Part shown: positions 41,066 through 56,414 of the stretch, piece after piece
Layout: every line of letters begins with the position of its first letter
How positions within the stretch are numbered: position 1 is the first letter of the stretch
Source: Octopus vulgaris
Lineage: Eukaryota
NCBI GenBank assembly: GCA_951406725.2
Contig: OX597827.1
Coordinates: 60,202,001-60,266,000 of the forward strand
Reading direction: 5' to 3'
Length of the DNA stretch: 64,000 bases
Notes under the pieces: generated by a model
Told to the model about the DNA's origin: nothing
What the model saw: only the letters and a program-made list of their open reading frames with translations
Databases searched by the model: none
Position numbers and translations under genes: made by a program

Positions 41066-41716
41066 CCAAAATCGATGAGACGTGCCACACTTCTCTTACA
41101 AAACGAGGCTTTTGTATTGAGTGCAGAGTTTAACAGTTGTTGTTGTTTAGCCACGAGTCAGCGTTGATCCCTGTAGATCTTTGATGAACGGTGTCCCTAT
41201 GTACTGTGGTGATGATGTTACATGTGCGAAACAGGGATAGTGGTAGCCATAGTTTGTATTAATGGCATTGATAAATGAATGGAGAAAGAATAAGAGAAAG
41301 AAGGGGGGGTGTAAAAGAAATAGAGAACGAAAGAAAGAAAGGAAAGAAAGAAGGAAGGAAGGAAGAATTAGAGAATGGTTAAATAAGGTATAAAGCAGAC
41401 AAGGAAAGAATAAATAAGGTAAATGGAGGTGAAGTGTGTGGGCGGAAGAGTGGTCCTATTGCGTGGGTGTTAAAAAGGTTTATTTGGGTAAATGGGGGGA
41501 TTAAGAAGAGATTATTTATGACTCTCATGGCTGATTGGGTTTAATCCGTGACTAGAAGAGAGAGGATGGTAACAATGGGAGAAAAAGAAAGGAAAGGAAC
41601 AAAAAAGAATGAAAAAAGCAAGAAACAGTAAAGACAGAAAAATGGATGAAAGAAAGAAAGAAAAACGAACAATAAAATAAACGAAGGTATAATAGAGAGA
41701 TAGATAGGTAGGTAGG

Positions 41717-41779
<63 letters not shown>

Positions 41780-41806
41780 GTAGATAGATAGATAGATAGA
41801 TAGATA

Positions 41807-42010
41807 TGTTTCTTTATTAGCCACACAGGGCTGCACACAGACAGAACAAATTACAAGGTAGAGCTTTTCTTTTGGGGGTAAAAAAAAGGGGGTTGGTTTT
41901 CGATCAAAAGGGATCATAAAAGGAAAGAAAGAGGACAAAAAAGGGGGGGGAGAGGGAAAAAAAGAAAAGTGGAGAGGAAAAAAAAGTTGATCAATAGGGA
42001 TCGTAATCAC
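41807..42010 (-). mobile_element. Tx1/L1-clade LINE 3' UTR, short truncated copy in (GATA)n
   Basis: Same terminus as 47391; GATA repeats both sides. Confidence 0.85.
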
Positions 42011-42045
<35 letters not shown>

Positions 42046-42046
<1 letters not shown>

Positions 42047-43358
42047 TATTGGCCACACAGGGCTGCACACAGATGGGACAAGTTACAAGGTAGAGCTTTT
42101 CTTTTGGGGGATGAAAAAAACAAAAAACAAAAGAAAAAAAAAGGGTTGGCGTAGGTTTTCGATCAAGAGGGATCGTAAAAGGGAAGAAAAGAACAAAAAT
42201 AAATAAATAAATAAATAAAATAAAAAATAAAAGGAATAAAAAGAAAAAAAAAGAAAAGGAAAAGGAACAAAAGAAAAGAGAATTGAAAAAAGAAGAAAAA
42301 AGGGGAAAAAAGGGGGAAGAGGAAAAAAAACGATCAATAGGGATTGTGTATCACAGTGTTATGATATATGGTGTAAAGGGGAAAGCAAGTAAGGTTTATC
42401 CGTGGGAAGAAAAGCCTACGAAAAAGACCACGGTAACCTTGGTCAATATTGTTATATGTTACCACATTTGTTTGCAAGTGGGTAACCCTCTGTTTTCAAT
42501 TTCTGGGTTCATAGGATTATGCTCAAGGTGGCTTCGTCATTCATACGTGCCATCCTTGCTACATTCACCCATCTTTTTTTAAAACATTCGCTAGACAAAA
42601 CTTGCCTCTCTACTCTCACTTTCCTTTTCAAGTGGTACTTGAAGAAGTTGATGAGAGATTGACCAGAGAGGAAAGTGTTTGTCTCCAATCCTTTCAGACG
42701 CGTCCACCAGATACATTCTTTCGCCATAGCCACAAGGATGATGAAAATAGCTCTTCCTTCCCGTTTGAAGGAAGGAGGCGTGACAATATTGACGATAGAC
42801 TCAGCTGATAAACCGACTCATCCCACACGTGACAGCAGTTGTTCGACATAAGCCCACAGGTCGGAAATTGTTGGACACTGCATGAGTGCGTGCAGAACGG
42901 TTGCGTCGCTCTGACCGCATCTCGGGCAGGTCGGCCCCGTGTTTCTCGAGCCGTGTCTGTAGAGCTTATCCCGAACGGGTAGCGCTTCTCGGTAGCACTG
43001 CCAGGCCAGGGATCTCTGGAAGTTGTCCATGGGCCATGGCTCGAAAGTCGTCCTGAACAGGCGGGTCAGGTACTCCTCGTCGACGTCCAGGTTCGCCCCG
43101 AGCTCGTCGTCGTGCCTCCCCTCCACTAATCCCCTATAGAATGCTTTGGTTGTGTTGAAGTCACTCAAGGTCGACCCAGGACGGCAGAGTTGCTTGAGAG
43201 CAACGCGACACTCGCGGTGCCATTCGCCCTTCCTCGGCCTCTTTTTGATCCACGACTGCAGTTCGGTCATGGAGACGAGCTGCGGGAAAGCGTGCCTCAC
43301 AAACGGCGACCACACCTGTTCACCGTCGTCTACGAAGAGCCTGAGATGTCGCAGTCTC
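42046..43358 (-). mobile_element. Tx1/L1-clade LINE 3' portion (zf-RVT), one nonsense change at 42818
   Basis: [38 protein letters not shown] finger; nearly identical to 47391-48635. Confidence 0.9.
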
Positions 43359-43370
43359 ATAGATAGGTAA

Positions 43371-43529
43371 GTTTCTTTATTGGCCACACAGGGCTGCACA
43401 CAGATGGGACAAGTTACAAGGTAGAGCTTTTCTTTTGGGGAGAAAAAAAAAGGTGGCGTAGGTTTTCGATCAAAAGAGATCGTAAAAGGGGAAAAAAAGG
43501 AAAAGAAAAAAAGGGAAAAAAAGAAAAGA

Positions 43530-43531
<2 letters not shown>
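43371..43531 (-). mobile_element. Tx1/L1-clade LINE 3' UTR, third copy
   Basis: gtttctttattggccacacagggctgcacacag terminus followed by (GATA)n. Confidence 0.85.
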
Positions 43532-43587
<56 letters not shown>

Positions 43588-43606
43588 GGTTGATAGATAG
43601 ATGGTT

Positions 43607-43669
<63 letters not shown>

Positions 43670-43701
43670 GGTTGATAGATAGATAGATGATAAATAGATA
43701 A

Positions 43702-43775
<74 letters not shown>

Positions 43776-43788
43776 GATAGATAGATAA

Positions 43789-43855
<67 letters not shown>

Positions 43856-44237
43856 CACAGAGTCAGACAGACAGACAGACAGAGAAGGATAAAGAGAGAT
43901 TATAAATAGAGAAAGTTAGAGGTATAGTAAAACAGAGAAAAGTAGAAAATGAGAATAAGATGGATGTCAAGAAAATCGAGTGAGCAGTTGGTCCACGTGA
44001 TTATTGAAGCCAAAGACCATTGGTCGATATTGTTGCAAGAAAAAAAAAATAATATTTAAATCAAGAAAAAAATATTTAAACCAAACAAACACTGAAAAAG
44101 TAAGTGGAAAGTATTGCTCTCATCATTTACTGTATATATCTGCTTCTTTCTGTCTTTGCTGTTGAACTTACAGGAGTTCTTAAGAGAGTCGTAAGTGGAG
44201 TTATTTTAATAGTTGTTATCCTAGCGGATATTGCAAC

Positions 44238-44315
<78 letters not shown>

Positions 44316-44498
44316 TGTTGTTGTTGTAATTATTGTTCTTTGTAAATGAGAGACCAGTAATGATAAAGAGACAATAATGAACCCAACAAGAATAGTAACA
44401 ACAACAACAACAACTCTGACCAAAACAAAAACTGAAAACAGTAGTAACACTACATGTATACATACATACGTACGCATGTATGTATGTGTATGTGTATG

Positions 44499-44900
44499 TA
44501 CTCTTTTACTCGTTTCAGTCATTTGACTGTGGCCATGCTGGAGTACCGCCTTTAGTCGAGCAAATCGAACCCAGGACTTATTCTTTGTAAGCCTAGTACT
44601 TATTCTATCGGTCTCTTTTGCCGAACCGCTAGGGCTACGGAGACGCAAACACGCCAGCATCGGTTGTCAAGCGATGTTGGGGGGACAAAGACAGACACAC
44701 AAACATATACACGCACATACATATATATATATATATATATACGAAAGGTTTCTTTCAGTTTCCGTCTACCAAATCCACTTACAAGGCTTTGGTCGGCCCG
44801 AGACTATGGTAGAAGACACTTGCCCAAGGTGCCACACAGTGGGAATGAACAAGGAACCATGTGGTTGGTGAACAGGCTACTTACCACACAGCCACTCCTG
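44499..44900 (-). mobile_element. Full-length SINE family B
   Basis: Reverse complement match. Confidence 0.9.
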
Positions 44901-44901
44901 C

Positions 44902-44986
<85 letters not shown>

Positions 44987-45134
44987 TGTATGTATGTTTA
45001 TGCATATATATATATATATATGTATGTATATATGTGTGTGTATGTGTATATATATACACATATATATATATATATACATACATATATATATAAGAATAGA
45101 TATTTCTGTATGTATATACATGTGTGTGTATATA

Positions 45135-45179
<45 letters not shown>

Positions 45180-45881
45180 GTGTGTGTGTATGTATCGATA
45201 TATATGTGTGCACGTATATATGTGTAGATAATGTATGGCTACGTATGTATGTGTATGTTTATATGAGTGTCATTGTGTGTGTGTGTATGTGTGTGTTTGT
45301 GAGTGTATGTACCACAAAGACTATAAGAGGCGAGAGGGGGGAAATGTGAGAGTGTTTAAGATAGGGGGATATAAGTTAGGGGGATTTAAATGTCGTAAGT
45401 GTTAATCTGCAGTGCCAAATCTAGAGATCTGATTTCGTGTCATCACCGTAATGAAAGGAGAAAAAAACTACGGATATTGGTGACGTTGACACGAATAAAG
45501 ATTTCTGACAGAGACGTAAAGCTGTGCACATTTGTTTTTTCTTGCTATTGTTGTTGCTGTGGCTCTTATTACCGTTGTTGTTGTTGCTGGTGTGTTTTGT
45601 TGTTTTTTTTATATAATTTTGATTATATCGCAATTGGAGAACAATGGCGCCGTTGGTTACAGGTCGGCAATAAACCAATCAGTGGTTAACTGTATTATAC
45701 TTGCTTGTTGTTAAGAGTGGGGAAAAAGTATAAGGAAGTGGCCGTAGGTCGGGATTGAACAAATATGCAAGAAATTTGCTTGGATTTTGTTTATTGAGGG
45801 GTGGTTCGTCTTTCTTAGTAAACTACGTTGATATAAGATGTATTCTAGCACATGCACAAATACACACACTTGCATACGCAT

Positions 45882-45940
<59 letters not shown>

Positions 45941-45986
45941 CATGCATACATACATACATACATACATACATACATACATACATACA

Positions 45987-46018
<32 letters not shown>

Positions 46019-46054
46019 CATTTACACACACACATATATATATATATGTATGTA

Positions 46055-46090
<36 letters not shown>

Positions 46091-46127
46091 TGTATGTATG
46101 TATGTATGTATGTATGTATGTGTATAT

Positions 46128-47143
<1,016 letters not shown>

Positions 47144-47158
47144 AAAAATAAAATAATA

Positions 47159-47262
<104 letters not shown>

Positions 47263-47275
47263 CATACATACATAC

Positions 47276-47384
<109 letters not shown>

Positions 47385-47390
47385 TAGATA

Positions 47391-48633
47391 TGTTTCTTTA
47401 TTAGCCACACAGGGCTGCACACAGATAGAACAAATTACAAGGTAGAGCTTTTCTTTTGAAGGTTTAAAAAAAAAAAAAAAGGAAGGGGGAGTTTCGATCA
47501 AAAGGGATCGTAAAAGGAGAGAAAGAGGACAAAAAAATGGGGGGTTAAAAAAAAAGGGGGGAGAGAAAAAAAAATTTGATCAATAGGGATCGTTATCACA
47601 GAAATGTCAATATGAAGTGTAAAGGGAGGACAGGTGAGGTTTACCCGTGGAAAGAAAAGCCTACGGAAAAGACCACGGTAACCTCGGTCAATGGAGTCAC
47701 ATGTTATATTTCTTTTTTTTTTTTTTTTTTGCAAATAAGCAACTCTCTGTTTTCAATTTCTGGGTTCATAGGATCATGCTCAAGGTGGCTTCGTCATTCA
47801 TACGTGCCATTCTTGCTACATTCACCCATCTTTTTTTAAAACATTCGCTAGACAAAACTTGCCTCTCTACTCTCACTTTCCTTTTCAAGTGGTACTTGAA
47901 GAAGTTGATGAGAGATTGACCAGAGAGGAAAGTGTTTGTCTCCAATCCTTTCAGACGCGTCCACCAGATACATTCTTTCGCCATAGCCACAAGGATGATG
48001 AAAATAGCTCTTCCTTCCCGTTTGAAGGAGGGAGGCGTGACAATATTAACGATAGACTCAGCTGATAAACCGACTCGTCCCACACGTGACAGCAGTTGTT
48101 CGACACAAGCCCACAGGTCGGAAATTGTTGGACACTGCACGAGTGCGTGCAGAACGGTTTCGACGCTCTGACCGCATCTCGGGCAGGTCGGCCCCGTGTT
48201 TCTCGAGCCGTATCTGTAGAGCTTATCCCGAACGGGTAGCGCTTCTCGGTAGCACTGCCAGGCCAGGGGTCTCTGGAAGTTGTCCATGGGCCCTGGCCCG
48301 AAAGTCGTCCTGAACAGGCGTGTCAGGTACTCCTCGTCGACGTCCAGGTTCGCCCCGAGCTCGTCGTCGTACCTCCCCTCCACTAAACTCCTATAGAATG
48401 CTTTGGTTGTGTTGAAGTCACTCAAGGTCGACCCAGGACGGCAGAGTTGCTTGAGAGCAACGCGACACTCGCGGTGCCATTCGCCCTTCTTCGGCCTCTT
48501 TTTGATCCACGACTGCAGTTCGGTCATGGAGACGAGCTGCGGGAAAGCGTGCCTCACAAACGGCGACCACACCTGTTCACCGTCGTCTACATAGAGCCAG
48601 AGATGTCGCAGTCTCAGCGCGTGTCTGCGCATC

Positions 48634-48635
<2 letters not shown>
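47391..48635 (-). mobile_element. Tx1/L1-clade LINE 3' portion with open ORF2 C-terminus (47766-48635), inserted in (GATA)n
   Basis: [55 protein letters not shown]; AATAAA near 3' end. Confidence 0.92.
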
Positions 48636-48731
<96 letters not shown>

Positions 48732-50534
48732 GTGTTCCGACTCTCTGCGCTCCAAGTTCAAATTCCATCAAGATTCATTTTGCTTTATTATCCTTTGGTT
48801 TGGAAGTCGATAAATATATTAGTAAAGTACTGGTATCAATTCGTCTTTTCCTGTCTTTCCCCCTTTCTCATTCTCTCTCTTTCCCTCCTCTCTCTCTCTC
48901 TCTTTCTCCTTCTCTCATTCATTCATCTTTCTGTTTCTGACTGTCACAATTTGCTACGCTACGCTGTGACAGAGTCGTGGATGACGTCGCAAAGTCTAAA
49001 AAAACAATATAATACAAAATATATAATATAAAAATTGACATAATATAAAAAAAAAATCTCCAGGGACTTTGGAACAGCCACCCACACTTCAAGATTTGAT
49101 AGTTACAGATGAGGATTAAACGATTATACTTCTAGCTTACAGCTTTCCGTTTCATATCACTGTTAGCCGGAATTTATGAAGGCGACTCGGCGAATTGTTA
49201 ACTTCTGGTTTGTCATGTGTACAGGATTGCATTTTGCTGAGTACTAATTTTTGTGATTAAGCTTGTTTGCTCAGATACTATTGTTTGGGTAAGGATTGAA
49301 GGAATAAATTTATTTTTGTGACTACACATAAACGTTAGCTCAGATCTTCGTTTAAGGTGTCACTTGATTTGATAAGGCTGATGTATTTTCATCATTACAC
49401 GGATTACATTAGAACAAAGGGACTACTAGATGCTGAAGTACAGTAGTGACAAGGTGATATTAAAGTTGTCACTGTTGTAGCTCTTGATTTGATAATGTAC
49501 TCTTTATTTTGTCTATATGTTAAAATGTGGATTTGTTTTAGATACCATCTCTTAAAGCCACCCTCACACATTCTGATGTTACTAAGGAACTGTGTACTTC
49601 CTGGGACTGACATTGTAACTTGGTGGATCAGTGATTCAGCTTTGCGTAAATTACTGCAGTGGCGAGAGGCTGAATAAACCTTTATTTCGGAGTACCTCCC
49701 TACTACGTAAGTTGGAATTATCATTAGCTTATTAGCACCAGACAAAGCAAGGGCCACAGACCACAAACCTATCTGGAAAGTAGTACCCAGACAAAGCCAT
49801 TACATAGTCCGCAGAAGTAAGAGAAAACTTCACCGCAAAATTTTATATCTGAGTAACATCTAATAAATTCAAATTGCATTATAACCAACACCTGAATTCA
49901 TTCAGAAACATTGTTTAAAAAGTTCATGTACAAGACTATCAAACCACATAAGGAGCCTAAGAAACTTCAACAACCACATTCCTTTACGTGGAACAGAGAT
50001 AAATCATAGAGAGCAGCCACAGCACATAGGAAAGCATATTCAACATCCGATAGTGATTACTGTTGTTTAAAACCAAGTCATCACTGTTTGATCACAGGTA
50101 TTCCAGCCGTACCCACCCAATTTTTTCGTGTGGTTAGAAAACCAAGGACCACATTTTCCAACATGTCTTCTATGAGGCTATGTCATCATCTCACAGGATC
50201 TGGATGCTATTTCTAGCAAATCAATCTCAAGACTGAACAAAAGGGATCGAATAGTAATATAGTTGAATGTCGAAACGGAATCCCAACTTTGTGGCCAGCA
50301 TGAAGGCATGTGTAAGTGCATGTGTGTTTATTGATTACACGTACTCCACTGTATATACATGGGGGGGTGTTTGTGTGTGTATTTGTCTGTGCGTACGTGC
50401 GCCTGCGTTCACAATTAACGTACATTTTCCTCATTAATTATTAGGGCGGAATGAGGTGGTTGACATAAACAAACTGACTTAACTTTCGTAGCCGAACTTT
50501 CCTTTCCTCTACGGTGTTTTTTTTTCCCTAAAGG

Positions 50535-50748
50535 AACGTTAGCGTGCCGGACGAAATGCTGAGCGGTATTTCGTCTGCCGCTACGTTCTGAGTTCAAATT
50601 CCGCCGAGGTTGACTTTGCCTTTCATCCTTTCGGGGTCGATAAATTAAGTACCAGTTACGCACTGGGGTCGATGTAATCGACTTAATACCTATGTCTGTC
50701 CTTGTTTGTCCCCTCTATGTTTAGCCCCTTCTGGGTAATAAAGAAATA
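50535..50748 (+). mobile_element. SINE family A
   Basis: cgttctgagttcaaattccgccgagg box B region; tail ..agccccttctgggtaataaagaaata. Confidence 0.9.
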
Positions 50749-50999
50749 GGTATATCTTGAATTCAAATAACACTGAGGGTTTAAATATTATTCGTCATCT
50801 ATATATATTTTGTCAATATAATGATTATTGAGGGAACCTAAATAAACTGTCGTTAATATCTGGCTAAGGATTCAATTGACCATTCTCACACATATTTATA
50901 ATAAATATGTGTATGTGTATATGTATACCTGTGTGTGTGTGTGCATGTGTGTGTGAGTGTGTGTGTGTATGTGTGCGTGCATATATTTGTCTATATATA

Positions 51000-51822
51000 A
51001 GTCTGATATGATGAGGAATGGTCAATTTGTCAGAAAAAGCAAAAGAAAGTTAGTACATCAAATCTAACAGGCTATTAAACAAACTGAAAAGATCCGGCAG
51101 AAGATTTGATTTGGTTTTTCTCGAACGACTCATTCGACAAAGATCAAAAAGTTAACAGCAGAAATGAGATGACCATGTGCAGACCCTTCTGAAGTTCCAA
51201 GTATTATGCATACAAAATTTCCTGCAACTGTCATGGTTTTAGAGGTTGTCAGCAATGAAGGACATGTGATGCCTCCTTACTTCTTTCCACTAGGTCTTTG
51301 AGTTAACTCTGCCTCCTATATTTATGTCCTGGAAATAATTGTTAAGCCCTGGATAGGCAGTGTATGTAATGGAAGGCCATATGTGTTTCAGTGAGATTCT
51401 GCACTATCACACATGATTCTGATAACACAGAATGGATGGCTGAACATTTTCATTATCACATAACCCCTAACATTTGACCTCCTAATTCATCAGATCTCAA
51501 TCCATTGGACTTATACATGGAGCACTGTTGAGAGATAGGTCAATGAACATGCCCATAATACCAAAGATTGTTTGAAAGCTGCCATAGTCAGAGTAATGTC
51601 CAAAATGAACCAGGACCACTTCATTTGAGCATGTAGATGACTTAGATCTCATATAGAAGCAGTTGTTGAAGCTGAATGTGGCTTTATTGATAAACATTAT
51701 AGGAAAGAAAGTTTATTTTTATTCTCATAGCTTTTTTTGATATATGAAGTTAATACCTATTAGTATATATCTGTTATTTTTATAAACATAAATCTGTTCT
51801 CAAATATCTTACGCACCCTATA
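51000..51822 (+). mobile_element. Decayed maT (DD37D-like) transposon 3' half
   Basis: MHTKFPATVMVL.VVSNEGHVMPPYFF..YIYVLEIIVKPWI..RPYVFQ*DSA..PPNSSDLNPLD..IEAVVEAECGFID; terminus cttacgcaccctata. Confidence 0.85.
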
Positions 51823-51849
51823 TGTGTGTATGTGCCGGTCTGTGTATAA

Positions 51850-51885
<36 letters not shown>

Positions 51886-52213
51886 GTTTAAATATTTGTT
51901 GTGCAACATTTTTTTTTTTATGTGAAGTCGTGTGTTGAAACAGATATATATATGCTACCCTGCACTTTGAAAATTCTTCACTTGCTCATGTATTTTCCTA
52001 CTATACACACGTATTAATCAGATAGCAATTATACATTATTCCGCCACCAAGCACACATTGTTAAAATTCACATCACGATCAGCCTTCTCTATTGAGGTGA
52101 CTAAAGAGTCAGGACTTTAATAAAAACATGGCGAACTTGATCTTACAAGATTGCAGGAGATTTGTTCCGAGAGATCACTTGTGACAGCCATGATACATTG
52201 GACAGGTTATTGG

Positions 52214-52320
52214 TGCTGCTGCTGCTGCTGCTGCTGCTTCTTCTTCTTCTTCTTCTTCTTCTTCTTCTTCTTCTTCTTCTTCTTCTTCTTCTTCTTCTTC
52301 TTCTTCTTCTTCTTCTTCTT
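52214..52320. repeat. (TGC)n(TTC)n microsatellite
   Basis: Direct reading. Confidence 0.95.
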
Positions 52321-52389
52321 GGGGCAGACGAACGATAAAGACATAGTTCAGCATTTTTAAATCAGTGTATATATGGTCATATTATTTAA

Positions 52390-52860
52390 CGTGTCTTTTA
52401 AAAAAAAAACCCCTGATTTGATTTGAACGAGATTTAGTTGTTATTTTCAGCATATCGGATGTTGTTGCTGTAGCTTTATTACCAGGTCAACCTTGATGGA
52501 ACAAAATTTTTCATCAAAAACGCTTCAGCTCCCTAAATAGGCATAGTTTATCTAGGATTATATTATTCTCTGAGTATCCTTTGTGAAGTAACCTAGTCAT
52601 GGGTCTTGGCGTCTATGTTGTTTAATCCCAGACGAGTTCATGGTGTACGTATGACTATTTTATCCGGCATATCCCTCCATTCCCAGCATGGTAGCATGTG
52701 ATTTGGGCAAGACTCAGTTGTTACTTTGAGCATGTTGATCATCCACCCAGAAGCTCTCTCTTTGATTAGTTTCCCATGTCTGTTGTTGCTTTTGATTAAA
52801 AGTTAGACTTGATCGAGCAGACATATTATCAGAGGTATTCCACTCGCGACCATCCGATCA
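52390..52860 (+). repeat. Old interspersed repeat fragments (gttg.tattt.agc / caggtcaaccttgat family)
   Basis: Related words recur at 24670-25000 (minus) and 50060-50230. Confidence 0.4.
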
Positions 52861-53187
52861 ATAGCTCGGCATAAACTGAGTAGAGATACAGACACCTCTT
52901 ACTGCCTTTACTGCTTTTATTTACTGGTTTCAGTCATTGGACAATGGCCATACTGGAGCACACAGCCGTTGAAGATTTTCCGTAGGTTATATTAAGTTCT
53001 CGTATATATCTCATCGTTCTCGAAAGACGATAAGAAATGTAAAGAGAGGACACTGATGTAAGGAGGAAGTAATTCAGTTAGATACATACATACATACATA
53101 CATACATACATACATACATACATAGACAGGCTGATATACAGAGAGAGAGAGAGATATACAGAGAGAGAGAGAGAGAGATAGAGAGAG

Positions 53188-53260
<73 letters not shown>

Positions 53261-53657
53261 AGCAGACAGACAGACTAACAGATAGTTAGATACATACATA
53301 CATAGACAGATCGATAGACAGATAGACTGATAGAGGGTTAGACAAATACACAACTCCATCAACTACCACTACATCACATACCCACCATCTTAAAGAACAA
53401 AGACCATCTCATCAGGTATCGGTACCACTGCCAGTACAACATCCATTTCATTTTTCCCTACAACAGCCACCATCAACACGTCCGTTATCATCATCATAAT
53501 CTATCGTCAGCATCATCCTCATCCTTACCATTGCCATTATCATCGCCGTATCCTAGTTTCACAATGAAAATGGCTTCAAATATGTTTACACAACCTTTCT
53601 GTAATTTGTATCGACATTCTTGGATGACATTGATTTGTTAAACGGTAGTAATGGTAC

Positions 53658-54790
53658 TGGTGGTGGTGGTGGTGGTGGTGGTGGTGGTGGTGGTGGTGGT
53701 GGTGGTGGTGGTGGTGGTGGTGGTGGTGGTGGTGGTGGTGGTGGTGGCGGCGGTGGTGCTGGTGGTGCTGGTGCTGGTGGTGGTGGTGGTGGCGGCGTGG
53801 GGTGAGGGGGATGGGATCCAGGTGGTGGAAACAGTGCTAGTGTTGAAGGTTGTATTCGGGGTGAATGTGGTAGTGGTTGTGCTAGTATTGGGGTGAGTGG
53901 CGGTGGTGGTGGTGGTGGTGGTGGTGGCGGTGGTGGTGGTGGTGGTGGTGGCGGTGGTGGTGGTGGTGGTGGTGGTGGTGGTGGTGGTGAAGCTCGCGAC
54001 TGCGAGCGGTGACGATGGTGACGGTAGTGGTGGAAGTGGTGAGGTGATGATAGCAGTGGTGGTGGTGGTAGTGGTGGCAGTAGTGCTGGTAGTTGAAGCA
54101 TTCGCAGTGGTGGTGGTTATTGTTGTAATAGTGGTGGTGGCGAAAGTGTAGGTGGCCTCGTTTGTAGTAGTAGTAGTAGTAGTAGTAGAAGTGCTGGTGG
54201 TGGTGGTGGTGGTGGTGGTGGTGGTGGTGGTGGTGGTGGTGGTGGTGGTGGTATTGCACGTGACGTGGTATTAAAGGAAAAGACAAGCGTTTTGGATTTG
54301 TGAGGTGAAGATTTTGATTGGTTGGTAGAAATGCTATGCGGAATTTGGGTGCCGTTGATGAGTGGGTGTTGATATGCGAGAAGGTGTGGATGAGTGGTAG
54401 TAAGGGTGGTGGTGGGGTAGCAGTGATGCAGTTGTTTGGAAGGGGTTGGACATAAGGGAGGGAAAATGGCGTGGTGGATTTCTACAGGAGATGAGATGCT
54501 CGTGTGTTGGAGGCATGCAATTTCGTAGGTATGGATATTCGAAGGGACCGAGGTGTGGAAGTGTGGGGTGATCATTTGGGTATGGATGTTTGGAAGAATG
54601 AAGGTGGGGGTAGGCTTACGGAATTTTAGGTGTACAGACGTTTGGAAGAGTGGAGGTATTGGAGTAGAGCTTTGGAGGTATAGGTACGTGGGATATGAAG
54701 TTGTGGAGGTATGAAGGTATGAACGGTCAGAGAGGCGGAGATAATTGAGCTCTTGAGCATTGGAGGTGTGGAGGAGTGGAGTATAAATTT
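53658..54790. repeat. (GGT)n repeats followed by degenerate G-rich tract
   Basis: Direct reading. Confidence 0.9.
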
Positions 54791-54828
54791 GTGAAGGTGT
54801 ACGTTACATAAAATGGCATTCACTGGTA

Positions 54829-54915
54829 CAGTAAGTTTCGCGTAACGCAAATTCGCGTTGCACGAAGATTTCTTTTTTAGGAACGCATCGCTCTAACAGC
54901 ACGGGACAAACCTGT
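54829..54915. mobile_element. Possible small pogo/Tigger-like MITE
   Basis: ta-cagtaagtttcgcgtaacgc...gcacgggacaaacctg imperfect TIRs. Confidence 0.3.
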
Positions 54916-55509
54916 GCGTATATCAAATGCTTATAAGCGTATATACTTACATACACAATAGAGGGATAACATAATTATAAAAGTATATATATAGAGAGAG
55001 AAAAGAAGTGTATTCCCACGTAACAAAGAATATAGGAGAGTTGTTTTTGAGGGTAAAAATGCATCTGAGGCTTTAAACGTGTTGTAGTTTTTATGTTTTT
55101 AACATATTTATTAAAGTACCAAACCGGTTTCGACAATATGTTGTTTTTCAAATATAAACAAAATGAGTTTAGGAGAGATTGAAAGTAGAAGGGAAAATTC
55201 GGAAAAACACTTAAAAAATCAAAAGTTCATACAAATTCTAATATTCAGTAAGTTTCACAGAAATAGACAGTAATGAAAGTTCAACTGTTTTATGAATTTC
55301 ATAACAGTCACACATGAATGAAAGTTCATTAACGTTCAATTATATAAACTATCCGATAGGATGAAGATTTTAAAGAGTAAGAAAAGAGAGAAATAAAAGA
55401 TAGGAAAAGGTCTTATTGCAATTTCTGTCGTAGTGCGTGAAGGAGGATTCTTCGTCGCTTTTTTTGATGGTGAGAGCTTGAGCTTTCTTGAGCTAAAATT
55501 TCTTTGTAT

Positions 55510-55899
55510 CTTTTATCTTTTACTTGTTTCAGTGATTAGACTTGTGGCCATACTGGGGCACCGCCTTGAAGAATTTATTGTCAGATGTATAGGTCCTAGT
55601 ACTTTTAGTTTTAAGCCTGGTACTTATTCTATCAATTTCATTTACCGAACTGCTAAGTTACGATGACATAAACACACCAATGCCGGTTGTCAAGCGGTGG
55701 AGCAGGGTACAAAAACAGACACATATACGTAGATATATACACATACGTATATACAACGGGCTTCTTTCAGTTTCCGTCTACTAAATCCATTCACAAAGCT
55801 TTGGTCGACCCGTGGCTACAGTAGAAGACACTTGCCTAAGGTGCCATGCTGTGGGACTGAACCCGGAACAATGTGGTTGGGAAGCAAGCTTCTTACTAC
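55510..55899 (-). mobile_element. SINE family B (diverged)
   Basis: Reverse complement match. Confidence 0.85.
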
Positions 55900-56414
55900 A
55901 GATTTTTAAGGTAAATGTTCAAGTTCTGATTGGTCGTAGATTTAATGGCGTCACTTGTTTTTATCCGCCTGTTGGCTGGCTGCTTGAATATGTCACTTGG
56001 TTTTCGGATGTTCTGGTCATATATTTTGGTTTAGCAGAAGTTCAGCGTTCTGGTTGGTTGGCTTCCTGGTGACGTCATTCGTTTATCAACTATTTTGAAC
56101 ACATGTAGAGATCCAGCGCTCTGATTAGCTGATTTTCTACATACGTCATTTGTTTCTATCAAAAGTATTGGTAACCGGTTTTTGTCTGACGGTCGTCTAG
56201 AGTTCAGGTTGATTGATTCCAGGTTGATTGACGAAGCCACTGGACTCGGTCAGCTCAATGTTTATTCGTTTCTTTTCATTAGAATCCAGTTGTGACAAGG
56301 ATACATAAATTATAATTAGAGTCTTGCGCACACACACAAAGGGAAATGGAAATTAATTAAAATTTCCATTTCCAGTGGCCTAACGTGTAAAATTTTAGTC
56401 CAAAGACTATGTAT

